Positions 47,964 through 59,547 of a stretch of 64,000 bases of DNA are shown one piece after another. The first letter of the stretch is position 1. Every line of letters starts with the position of its first letter. Where the stretch lies: positions 64,914,001 to 64,978,000 of the forward strand of contig NC_043001.1 of the NCBI RefSeq assembly GCF_006345805.1, in the 5' to 3' direction. Source of the stretch: Octopus sinensis (lineage: Eukaryota). Below the pieces are notes generated by a model that saw only the letters and a list, made by a program, of their open reading frames with translations, was not told where the DNA came from and ran no database searches. The translations under genes and the position numbers were made by a program.

Positions 47964-50900
47964 GTGTACCCAGCCGTGCACTTTCAAGCCCTCGGAAAAC
48001 TAAATCCGGAGGAGGTGAGCACGTCACCTTCTTCCATCTCGTTTCCCAAACATCGTGCATTCTATGTAAAAGATCTGGTGTCGAAGACATTCTTCATGGT
48101 AGACACCGGTTCCTGTTGCAGCATCTGGCCCCTTCGTCTGGCTGCAGACAAGCCGAAGCGCTCTTCGATTGTCTTGCATGCTATTGACTCGTCTCCCATA
48201 ACCACTTACGGTCAGATTTCGCTGCGCCTCAACCTCAACCTTCGCCGAGACTTTCGATGGTTTTTTTCGTCATCGCTGACATCCCACATCCTATTCTCGG
48301 CGCTGATTTCCTGGATAGGTTTAACCTATTGGTGGATGTCAGGCGTCGGAGGCTTCTTGATAGCACGACGTCGCTCTCTACACCGACTGGGAGTTCCACC
48401 ACTGCGGTCCTTAGCCCGACATTCTTTGTTGCCACCTCTGGAGACCCTTTTCACTCTCTTTTGGTTTCATTTCCGGAGCTAGTGGACATTGCCTTTAAAC
48501 CGGAAAATCCTACCCACTCGACCCTCCATTTCATCACCACCAATGGGCCACCTGTATTCTCACGCCCCCGGCGCCTAGCGCCAGACCGACTTAAAAACGG
48601 CCAGAGCCGAGTTTGAGCACATGCTTCAACTTGGCATTATACGCCCCTCCACCAGCCCATGGGCATCTCCCCTTCATTTGGCGCGAAAGGGCGAGTCTGA
48701 TTTTCGCCCGGTTGGAGACTATCGACGCCTCAATGCCGTCACAATAGCCGATCGCTATCCGATTAGAAATCTCCGGGACTTTACAGCAAATCTCCATGGT
48801 TGTACCATTTTTTCGAAGGTCGATCTGATACGCGCTTACCACCAAATACCGGTCAACCCAGCCGACGTTCCAAAAACTGCAATCACTACCCCGTTTGGGT
48901 GTTTTGAGTTTTTGTACATGAGTTTCGGTTTGCGGAATGCTACTAGCACCTTCCAGCGTTTCATTGATGAGGTTGTCCGCGGTCTTGATTTTGTGTTTGC
49001 CTATGTCGATGACATACTCATTGCGAGCGACACACGAGAAAATCATCTCCGGCACCTTTCTCAACTCTTCCAGCGTCTTCGCGCGTATAGCATACGCATA
49101 AACCCCGACAAGTGTGTTTTCGGACGCTCTTCCCTAGATTTTCTAGGGCATCATATTGATTCGACGGGAATCAGCCCCCTCTCGTCAAAAGTCGATGCCA
49201 TTCAACGCATCGCAACCCCCACTTCCTTGCGCCAGCTCAGGCATTATCTAGGGATGGTCAATTTCTACCGACGCTTCATTCCGGTTGTGCAGATAAGCTG
49301 CTACCTCTCACCAGGCTGTTAAAGGACTCTCCTAGAAAGGACAGTCAAGTCACCCTCTCTGTTGAGGCAGTGACAGCCTTTGAGTCCATTAAGAAGGAGC
49401 TGGCTTCTGTTCTTTGCTTGCACATCCAGTTCCTGGTGCTTCTCTCTCTTTGACTGTGGACGCATCGGACACTGCGATTGGCGCTGTGTTACAACACACA
49501 GTGGATGACCATGTTCGACCTCTAGCCTTCTTTTCCCGTCAACTGCAACCAGCTGAACGACGATACAGCACCTTTGATCGTGAGCTCCTAGCGATCTACC
49601 TATCGGTTCGTCATTTCCAGCATCAACTTGAAGGGCGAGATTTTGTGATCTATACGGATCACAAGCCCCTTACGTTTGCCCTGTTTTCAAAAACGGACAA
49701 ACTCTCACCCCGTGCTTTTCGGCACCTGGATTTTATCTCTCAATTTACTAGCAACATTCGACACATACCTGGAAAAGAGAACGTTCCTGCTGACGCTCTC
49801 TCTCGCCTTCCAGTTTGCGCCCTTTCGTCTCCTGCTGCTATCGACTTAGCTGCCATATCGCAGGAGCAGCCACCTTTGGCGTCGTTAGATTTAACTTCTC
49901 CCAAGTTTTCCTGTTGCCAGTTTTCCTACCTTCCGCTTCCGTCAGCCGAAGGCACCATTCTTTGTGACACTTCAACTGGATCTCCCAGGCCACTGGTGCC
50001 TGAGACCCATCAACGCTCAGTGTTTGAAGCACTGCACTCCTTATCACATCCTGGCATCGCTGCCACCCTCAAACTAATCACTGCTCGGTTTTTCTGGCCG
50101 AATATGCGTCGCACAATTACCTCTTGGACACGCACCTGCTCCAAGTGTCAACGATCCAAGATTCAACGGCACGTTCGTGCCCCGCTTGGACAATTTCCCC
50201 CCACGGAGGCCCGTTTTCGCCATGTCCACATCGATCTGGTTGGACCATGGCCTGTGAGTCGCGGGTTCTCTTATCTATTAACTTGTGTCGATCGTTTCTC
50301 CCGCTGGCCAGAAGCCATTCCGATAGCAGACATTTCTGCTGAGACTGTTGCGCGAGCTTTCGTTTCAAACTGGATTTCTCGCTTCGGAGTCCCGTCCCGA
50401 TTGACAACTGATCGTGGACGACAGTTTGAGGCCTCGCTATTTCGCGAATTGTCGCGAATTTTGGGTATGCACCATATCCACACCACAAGCTACCATCCAG
50501 CGTCTAATGGATTGGTTGAGCGGTTCCATAGACAGCTCAAGGCCGCTCTTCGTGCCTCTTCGGACCCACAGTCCTGGATCGAATTTCTGCCCATTGTGCT
50601 TCTCGGCTGTCGGACTGCTGTCAAGGCAGACTGGGGTTTTCTGCTGCAGAGCTGCTGTATGGTACCACACTGGCATTGCCCGGTACGATGTTGGTGCCAG
50701 ACACTTCCCCGCCCCATGATCCGGCGACCTATGTCACCAGACTGCGGGAATATTTTCAAACCTTCCGCCCATGCTTCCCAGAAAGCAATCTCCACCGTCC
50801 CATCTTCCACCGGATATGAACACCTGGTCGCATGTTTTTGTTCGGGACGATTCTGTGAAGGGCCCACTTGTTTCTCCCTATAAAGGACCTTTTCGTGTGC

Positions 50901-51260
50901 TTTCTCGCACACCAAAGGTTTTCACGATTGAGATAAATGGTCGGAGGAGACCGTTTCCGTGGACCGTTTAAAAAAGGCACATTTTGAGACGTCTTCATCT
51001 TTTGATGACAACCTTGACACACCCACCTATGCACCTTTAACAACACTTCACCTGCACAAACGCCTTCACCTGCACAAACGCCTTCACCTGCACAAACGCC
51101 TTCACCTGCACAAACGCACCTGCAAACGCCTTCACCTGCACAAACCCTTCACCGGCTCCTACAACACCACCCTCGCCGTCAACGGGTGCCCCGAGCACAC
51201 CGTATGTTACAAAATCGGGCAGAACAGTGCATTGGCCCAAGAAACTTTCAAAAACAATTT
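47964..51260 (+). pseudogene. Gypsy pol (PR-RT-RNase H-IN), frameshifted
   Basis: FMVDTGS, ILGADFL, SPWASP, DYRRLN, YVDD, VDASD, YTDHKPL, H-H-C-C zinc motif, [22 protein letters not shown]; 18-bp tandem repeat at ~51047-51150. Confidence 0.95.
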
Positions 51261-52818
51261 ACATTTAACTTTAAAATGTTTCTTATTGTATAATAGTATG
51301 TACCAAGTCTTCTGGGGGATCGGCAAGCCTTCTGTTTTCTGCAGCACCACCACAATATTCTGGTTGCCGTACTTCGCACTCGGAGGGGAGCCCTGTAGTG
51401 ATGCTACAGTGTAGGGTTCGGCGCGCATGCGCAGAATGGGACTACTTCCGGGTGGCCACCGGAAGTCTTCCCCATGCGCATGTGCGGGAAAACATCTCTC
51501 GAGCCCGCGAACCTCAAATCTCTCTCTTCGGCTCAAGACAGCACTGCGATCGGTCACGGTTTTCTTCATTTACGGGGGATATGGCCTGTGGTTGCCCAAG
51601 TGGAGTGGTATTTTGTTGACATGCCATTTCTCCACAGCAGCAGTTGCACCTGCTATATTCCGCTTACATCCCCGAATCGCCGCATCGATCAGGGATCTAA
51701 TAAATAATCCCCACCCGGATGCCACATACGCGTCTGTTGTGTGAAAGCAGAATCCTCCGCCGCAACACACGTTCGGGGGGAGAGCCAATATTCAGATTGC
51801 CACGACGGCCGATGGAATACTGGAATTTCGAATCCATCTCCATCGCGGGGCCTCTGTGCATGTATAGGGGGCCCTGCGCAAATTTCACTAACGAGCGGAT
51901 TGATGCGCTCACGCGGCGAATCGACGATCTATCCCGTGCGATCGAGCGCCGACAACGCAGTCGTAGTCGCTCTACCAAAAGGGCAGATCGTGTGTACCCA
52001 GCCGTGCACTTTCAAGCCCTCGGAAAACTAAATCCGGAGGAGGTGAGCACGTCACCTTCTTCCATCTCGTTTCCCAAACATCGTGCATTCTATGTAAAAG
52101 ATCTGGGTCGAAGACATTCTTCATGGTAGACACCGGTCCTTTACATAAATGCACGATGTTTGGGAAACGAGATGGAAGAAGGTGACGTGCTCACCTCCTC
52201 CGGATTTAGTTTCCGAGGCTTGAAAGTGCACGGCTGGGTACACCGATCTGCCCTTTTGGTAGAGCGACTACGACTGCGTTGTCGGCGCTCGATCGCACGG
52301 GATAGATCGTCGATTCGCCGCGTGAGCGCATCAATCCCGTGCGATCGAGCGCCGAAACGCAGTCGTAGTCGCTCTACCAAAAGGGCAGATCGGTGTACCC
52401 CGCCGTGCACTTTCAAGCCCTCGGAAAACTAAATCCGGAGGAGGTGAGCACGTCACCTTCTTCCATCTCGTTTCCCAAACATCGTGCATTCTATGTAAAA
52501 GATCTGGTGTCGAAGACATTCTTCATGGTAGACACCGGTTCCTTTACATAGAATGCACGATGTTTGGAAACGAGATGGAAGAAGGTGACGTGCTCACCTC
52601 CTAGAATTGTAAAATTATTGTAACTGTAAAATTGTATGTATAATTGTATTTTAAACGGAACTGCGAGTTGGGGGTTCGTAAGCCGTTCCATCTCATTACA
52701 TCTAATTCATTTTTACTTCATACTTTATTTTTTATTTTATGTTCCCTGTCCCGTCTTGTAATGTCCCCCTCTTCGTGCCCCTTAGTGGGTAATAAAGAAA
52801 CAGTCTTAGGCTTTTAGT

Positions 52819-54487
52819 CTTTGAGTGAGTTATTTGGAGTTATTCAGGTGTTATTATTCTGGTGTGTTTATTTCAAGTGAAGAGGTGGTGAGTTCGAATT
52901 CGTGGAGGAGTGGAATAATTTTTTTCCTGAAAATGCAAGAACAGACTTACGCGCGAGCGGCAGGCAAAGGCCTGGTTGCCGGCGAGCTGGAAATGGAGGA
53001 GGTGGTGGTCGAACAGAAGACCCTACAGAAGTATTTCGACAGTTTAAAGAGGGAGGGTGACTGCGTAAGAGTCACACCGTCCGAGGAGGAGGAAGCAGTG
53101 CAGAGAAGCGTACTATAACGTACAGGACGTGGTGTGTGGAGTCGGAAAAATTGAAGTAGCGGAAATGAAAGAAGTAGAAGAATGTCTGAAGGAAATTGAG
53201 GGTGAACCCACATTTTTCAAAAGAGGAAGGAAGTATGCCACGGTAGTGTATTTTTGAAACAGAAAATGAGGCAAAAAAGAACGCAACAAGACTTTTGAAA
53301 TCGGATAAGTGGACTTTGCTACCAAGTTACTGCGGAAGGAGAGCAGTGAGGATGAGAATCAATAGAATCTCACCCGAATTTAATATGGAAAGGTTGCTGG
53401 CAGCAGTGCTGTTTAACTGCAAGGATGATGTGGAAGTACTGAAGGTGGAGAAGTCAGCGGAGGTGAAATGGTGGGGATATACGGTGCAGGTTCTCGCACA
53501 CATTACCGTGCGAGACCTGTACAACATCCCAGAGGAGCTGGTCTACCCTGACGAGACGCGGCTCCGAGTTGTGGTAGAGGGAAGACCCCCAATTTGCTAC
53601 AATTGTAAATCAAGGGGCCACATGAAGGATATGTGCCCGCGAGAAAAAACTAAAGCACCGGAGGTTGTGATGGAGGACGCGTGTGTGGAGGAGGCGAAAG
53701 CGGAGGAAGTACGAATGGAGGAGCGGTTAAGTGAGGAAGAACGAGAGAGTGCAGAAGAGGAAAAGACGGAAGACAGGAAAAGATCAAGGGTGGAATCACC
53801 ACCGAAAGATCAAAAAAAGAAAATTAAAAGCAAGATAGCAGAAGAGAGAGAAGACAAAGAACAGGAAGTAAAAGAGAAGTGAGAGAGCGCCAAGGACAGA
53901 TTTGAAAAAGAATGGGGAGAAAAGAGTGAAAAGAGCAAGAGCAATTGGAATCGTGCAGATATGGAAGAAGGCCGATAGGAAAAAACTTGAAGGCAGTTTA
54001 ATGTATATCAAGAATACAGAAGTGGAGAAGAGACTAGTAGGTAAGAAAGGGTTGGTCAGGGTGAAGGTGAACCCAAAGCTGTATGGTGACGACGTGAAAG
54101 GCGTCATTATAGACAAGAGACATATAAAAATTGAAAAAGATGTTTAATGCCATGCACATAACGCATTATGTGCGGTATGATAAATTACCAGATGTTATAG
54201 AGCATACAGACCTGTTGGATTATATGACGGACGAGCGTCTAATGTAAAAGAATTGTAAAATTTAAAGTTGTATTTTGAATATATGTAATGTTGACATGTA
54301 GAATTGTAAAATTATTGTAACTGTAAAATTGTATGTATAATTGTATTTTAAACGGAACTGCGAGTTGGGGGTTCGTAAGCCGTTCCATCTCATTACATCT
54401 AATTCATTTTTTACTTCATACTTTATTTTTTATTTTATGTTCCCCATGTCCCCCTCTTCGTGGCCCCTTAGTGGGTAATAAAGAAAC
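52819..54487 (+). mobile_element. ORF1-only Tx1-related element, copy B (uninterrupted, ~1.67 kb)
   Basis: ORF1 52933-54247, then ~240 bp of UTR with no APE or RT; ends GCCCCTTAGTGGGTAATAAAGAAA; followed by CGTCTTAGGTTTTTAGT (54488-54504). Confidence 0.9.
52933..54247 (+). pseudogene. Tx1-type ORF1, small indels at different positions from copy A
   Basis: Near-identical to 45372-46685. Confidence 0.85.
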
Positions 54488-54586
54488 CGTCTTAGGTTTT
54501 TAGTTCTTTTCAGAGCTAAACCTCTGACCACACAGCTCGTCTTAGGCTTTTAGTTCTTTTAAGAGCTAAGTCTCTGACCACACAGA
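54488..54586 (+). repeat. Two 50-bp tandem units that contain the target 16-mer
   Basis: CGTCTTAGG(T/C)TTTTAGTTCTTTT.AGAGCTAA..CTCTGACCACACAG at 54488 and 54538. Confidence 0.85.
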
Positions 54587-55626
54587 GCATACTCGACCAA
54601 GTTACAGTTCGAGGCAGGCGACCACCATTAATACAAGATGTTACAGATACCTCTCATACTGTTAGTGTGAAATATCACCATGAAGAAAACGGTTACAGGA
54701 TATCTATAACTAGAGAAAAATAACCAAGCAGAACATATAATGAAGAAGCAGCAAGAACCAATCGACAAACATCGAAGATTTAAATTGTACACGAGACAAC
54801 TACAGATTCAACTATAGCGGTTAGGTGAAATTCTCGCCACGAAGAAAACTGCTACAGAAACATGTCTGGAAGTATATTCATATCAAGATAAAGATAAACA
54901 TAACGAGTGATTCAATTAATCTCAACTGCGACGCGCAATACCTTGATATAGAACTCTTACAGTGTACCTCATAAACGGTAAATCAATTATCTGTTTCTTG
55001 GGTTCTAGTTTTCTTCTAAGAACTACCTTAAGCCATCTGTTATTACCTGTTGCCAAGCCGATACCAACAACATGAATTGTGAATCAAATCCCATCGTCAT
55101 TTCACTGGTCAGTACCTTTTTACGCCTAACGAACACACAGACACAAAAACATGCTAACGCTTACGAACTCTTAGAATCCACATGATTGTAAAATATGTAA
55201 AATAAATAATGTATATATCTTAAAAAGAAATCTTGTTGTCATTCCAAATATATGTGTCTTGCCGCTGCATGTATTACTTGGTCTAAAATAAATTATTTAG
55301 AATAGGATCACGTTCCTATTTTTATAATACCTTAATCTGTTCCCCTTTCGTTTCCCTTCGCTAAAACATGGCGACTTCATGCATTCTTTTAAAGTTTACC
55401 GTTTCTTTCAGTGCCATCTTCGTTGTTTATTCCATTATCCCTCAAAATATTGACCCTCGTATCATTATCATACCGTATTTATTATTATTTATTTTCATCC
55501 TCTCTCTGGCTCTCTTTCATTTATCTAATTATTTTCCCCTAAATATAATATTCAAACTAGTTGCCTCTATGTTCTCTCTCTCTCTCGCTCTCTCTCCTCT
55601 CGTGTTCCTCCCCTCCACACACACAC

Positions 55627-55722
55627 AGTACCGGAAGTTTCTACCAGTACCGGAAGTTTCTACCAGTACCGAAAGTTTCTACCAGTACCGGAAGTTTCTA
55701 CCAAAATACCGGAAGTTCTACC
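55627..55722. repeat. 19-bp minisatellite (AGTACCGGAAGTTTCTACC), about 5 units
   Basis: Directly visible tandem units. Confidence 0.85.
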
Positions 55723-55859
55723 CCTGTCTTACCTAACTACCCCCACCCCCACTGGCACCTATGTAGGGTTTATCTGATCATATAGTGCAAAAATTGTGAA
55801 ATGTATGCAGGTTGTAGTCTAGTGTTTCCATATGAAATCTGCCAAATGCAAGCTTTCTT

Positions 55860-58800
55860 TTCAGGTACATGACACGGCTGCCCCTCATCCCAGGGTCTCA
55901 GATGCCCACACCCTCAGAGTTGGCACATTGAAAGGTAGGTCTGGAGAGATTGTAGAGCTGCTTGAACGGAGACGTGTGGATGTATGTTGTATCCAGGAAG
56001 TAAGGTGGAGAGGAGGTTCCGCTAGGCTCCTCACAGGCAAGGAACACAGGTACAAGATTTTCTGGGCAGGGAACACTGACGGGGTCGGGGGCGTGGGTAT
56101 ACTTCTTGCAGAGAAATGGGTAGGTAAGGTAATTGAGGTAGTCAGAGTAAGTGACAGAGTAATTAAAATTAGATTAGTCCTTCACCACAGGACAGTTACC
56201 ATCATCTCGGCATATGCCCCTCAACCAGGGCTACCGGAAGGACAAAAAGACCAATTCTATGACACCCTATTGCGAACTACCTCGTTGACAAATGACAGTG
56301 ACCTTCTCTTCGTGGCAGGTGATTTCAATGGACATGTCGGACGGCATGTCGGGGGCTTCCATGGCGTCCATGGAGGCTACGGTTTCGGCTCTCGTAATGA
56401 GGAGGGAACCGGGCTGCTGGAGTTCTGCAATGCAAATGACCTTATGGTCTGCAATACCAACTTCAGGAAACTCTCCTCTCACCTAGTCACCTACCGTTCT
56501 GCAGCAGACACACCAGCCAGATTGACTACATCCTTGCCAGAAAAAGGAAAGAGGGCTGATTATAAATGCCAAAACCTTTCCAGGCGAAGAATGCACTCCT
56601 CAACATAGATTAGTAGTTAGCGACTTCAGGGTCAGAGCTAAATGGTTGCCCAGAAGAAGACCTGCTTGGAGGAGAAGGGTCTGGAAGCTTAAAGATCCTG
56701 CAAATGGACAGAGATTTAGAGACATACTACTCGAAGCCTTTGACGAAATAGAAGGGGATATAGCTTCACTTAATGTGGAAGACAACTGGAGATTTCTACG
56801 GGACAATCTGCTGACAGCCACTGACCAGATCTGTGGATGGAGCAAGTACCACCATCTCAACCCAGTGTAACATGGTGGTGGAATACTGTGGTTGACAGGG
56901 CTATTAGACAAAAGAGACAGGCTTGGAAGGACTGGAAGAACGGTGGTAGCAGGGAATTGTATCAGACAGCCAGAAGGGAAGCTAGGAGACAGGTTTATTT
57001 AGCCAGAGGGGAAGCGGATAAGAAAAAATTTGCCAATGTTCTGCGCCATGAGGATGTAAGACTTGAGGTATTTCGCGTTGCAAGACAGTGTGTGAGAGAG
57101 AATCGTGATGTGGTAGGAGAGAAGTGTGTTCGCATGGATGATGGTTCACTTGCGCTAAATGAGGATGCAAAGAGAGAGGTTTGGGGATGCTACTATGAAA
57201 GGTTGCTGAATAAAGAAAATGAATGAGATAAAGAGAGTCTGCCGAATGTTGACCCAACAGAGGGACCAGCTATCCGAGTTGATAGTTCCGTGGTAGCTAA
57301 GGCAATTAGAAGCATGAAGACAGGGAAAGCCCCAGGCCCATCAGGAATTACTGCAGAGATGCTCAAAATATCTGGCAGTGTCGGCTATAACCTAGTCACC
57401 CGTATAGTCAACCAGGTGATACACGAAGGAGTCATACCCAATGACTGGTGTAGCAGCGTACTAGTCAACTGCTACAAAGGTAAAGGTGATGCCCTAGATA
57501 CAAATAATTACAGTGGTATCAAGCTGTTGGATCAGGTAATGAAGGTTACGGAGAGGGTCATAGCCCAACTAATTAGAGAGAGAGTTAGTTTAGATGAGAT
57601 GCAGTTTGGGTTTGTGCCATGGAAAAGCACCACTGATGCTATATTCCTGGTAAGGCAGCTGCAGGAGAAATACCTAGCCAAAGATAAGCCCCTGTACCTG
57701 GCTTTCATTGACATGGAGAAAGCCTTTGATAGGGTCCCCCAATCCCTCATCTGGTGGTCAATGAGGAAACTAGGATAGATGAATGGCTGGTGAGGGCTGT
57801 GCAAGCCATGTACAGAGATGCCGTAAGCAAGGTTAGGGTTGGCAACATGTACACAGAAGAATTCAAAGTAGAGGTTGGGGTCCACCAGGGTTCAGTATTC
57901 AGCCCCCTCCTATTTGTCATAGTCCTCCAGGCAATAACAGAGGAATTCAAGACAGGTTGCCCCTGGGAGCTCCTCTATGCTGACGACCTCGCTCTAATTG
58001 CTGAGTCACTATCAGAAATGGAGGAGAAGTTCCAGGTGTGGAAGGAGGGTTTAGAATCGAGGGGCCTTAGAGTCAACCTAGCTAAAACCAAAGTACTAAT
58101 AAGTAGAAAGGTAGGCAATCCACAAATGTCCTCAGGAAGATGGCCCTGCTCGATCTGTAGAAAAGGTGTAGGTAGAAACTCTATAAGATGTACCCAGTGT
58201 AAGCTATGGACACATAAGAGGTGCAGCAATGTCAAAGGTAGGCTAACTGGGAAGATAGTTTTTATATGTGGCAGATGCTCGGGAGCATTGACCTCCGAAA
58301 ATCTGCAGAAAACAACTTCCGTCACTTTCCAGGGGGAAAAATTAGAAGTAGTTGATAGCTTCCGTTATCTAGGTGACCAAGTCAGTAGTGGGGGGGGGTG
58401 CGCTGAGAGTGTAACTGCTAGAATAAGAATAGCCTGGGCAAAGTTTAGGGAGCTCTTACCTCTGCTGGTGACTAAAGGCCTCTCGCTCAGAGTAAAGGGC
58501 AGACTGTATGATGCATGTGTTCGAACTGCCATGCTACATGGCAGTGAAACATGGGCCGTGACTGCTGAGGACATGCGTAAGCTCATGAGGAATGAAGCCA
58601 GTATGCTCCGATGGATGTGTAATGTCAGTGTACTTACTCGACAGAGTGTTAGTTCCCTAAGAGAAATGTTGTATATAAGAAGCATCAGTTGTTGCGTGCA
58701 AGAGAGACGATTGCGCTGGTATGGTCATGTGGTGAGAATGGATGAAGATAGGTGTGTGAGAAAGTGCCAATCCCTAGCAGTTGAGGGAACCCGTGGAAGA

Positions 58801-59547
58801 GGTAGACCCAGGAAAACCTGGGACGAGGTGGTGAAGCACAACCTTCGAACGTTAGGTCTCACCATGGAAATGACTAGAGACCGAGACCTATGGAAGTATG
58901 CTGTGCGTGAGAAGACCCGGCAAGACTAGTGAAGCCATAACCCGTGGCCCCTACCTGGGACGTAGTCAGTCCGCCTGTGCATACCTTCCTGCTTGTGACA
59001 CTTGTGAAGACCTGTTGAGGCAAATCAAATCAAAGTCAAATTGAATCAAGTCAAACCAAATCAAAATAGATGAACATCAATGGAATTTGTATCCTTGTGG
59101 TACCAGTGCCGGTGGCACATAAGAAAACCATCTGAACGGGACCGTAGCCAGTACCACATCGACTGGCCTCCGTGCTGTGGGCACGTAACAAACACCGTCC
59201 GAGCGTGGCCGTCTGCCAGCCTCGTCTGGCACCTGTGTCGGTGGCACATAAAAACACCATCCGAGCGTGGCCGTCTGCCAGCCTCGTCTGGCACCTGTGT
59301 CGGTGGCACATAAAAACACCATCCGAGCGTGGCCGTCTGCCAGCCTCATCTGGCACCTGTGTCGGTGGCACATAAAAACACCATCCGAGCGTGGCCGTTC
59401 GCCAGCCTCGTCTGGCACCTGTGTCGGTGGCACATAAAATCACCCACTACACTCTCGGAGTGGTTGGCGTTAGGAAGGGCATCCAGCTGTAGAAACACTG
59501 CCAGATCTGACTGGCCTGGTGCAGCCTTCGGGCTCCCCAGACCCCAG
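55860..59547 (+). mobile_element. RTE-clade LINE, near full length, frameshifted (APE-RT with PHD-like finger)
   Basis: CIQEVRW, SAYAPQ, GDFNGHVG, KAPGPSGI, QFGF, KAFDRV, HQGSVFSP, YADD, RGRGRPRKTW; 62-bp repeats in the 3' UTR; tail GGCGTTAGGAAGGGCATCC. Confidence 0.95.

Larger units (their letters stand above)
46724..52601 (+). mobile_element. Gypsy/Ty3 LTR retrotransposon with rearranged 3' end
   Basis: 5' LTR TGTAGTG...TTACA 46724-47140, PBS-like TGGTGACCC, gag remnant, pol, PPT GGAGGGGAG, partial 3' LTR from 51394. Confidence 0.95.
45256..52802 (+). mobile_element. ORF1-only Tx1-related element, copy A (3' UTR interrupted by Gypsy)
   Basis: 5' CTTTGAGTGAG, ORF1 45372-46685, 3' UTR resumes at ~52602 and ends GCCCCTTAGTGGGTAATAAAGAAA. 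Flanked by GTCTTAGGCTTTTAGT at 45240-45255 and 52803-52818. Confidence 0.88.
44950..55326 (+). mobile_element. Probable solo LTR (~1.13 kb when empty) carrying nested elements
   Basis: Insertion relative to repeat unit 1 with 4-bp TSD ATAC (44946-44949 and 55327-55330). Starts TGT, ends TATA (not the canonical CA). Contains CCAAT boxes, a TATA box and AATAAA. Confidence 0.6.
44431..55625. repeat. ~460-bp tandem repeat; second unit split by the LTR-like insertion
   Basis: Unit 1 is 44431-44888. Unit 2 begins at 44889, breaks after TTTAGATAC (44949) and resumes at CTTAATCTGTTCCCC (55331). Confidence 0.85.

Noticed and set aside
50959-51414. His-rich (LHLHKR)n protein
   Set aside because: One reading of an 18-bp tandem repeat at the Gypsy integrase tail; the alternative frame (PSPAQT)n is the more plausible one.
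59190-59445. CRISPR-like repeat array
   Set aside because: Units are contiguous with no unique spacers, there are no cas genes, and the context is a eukaryotic LINE 3' UTR.
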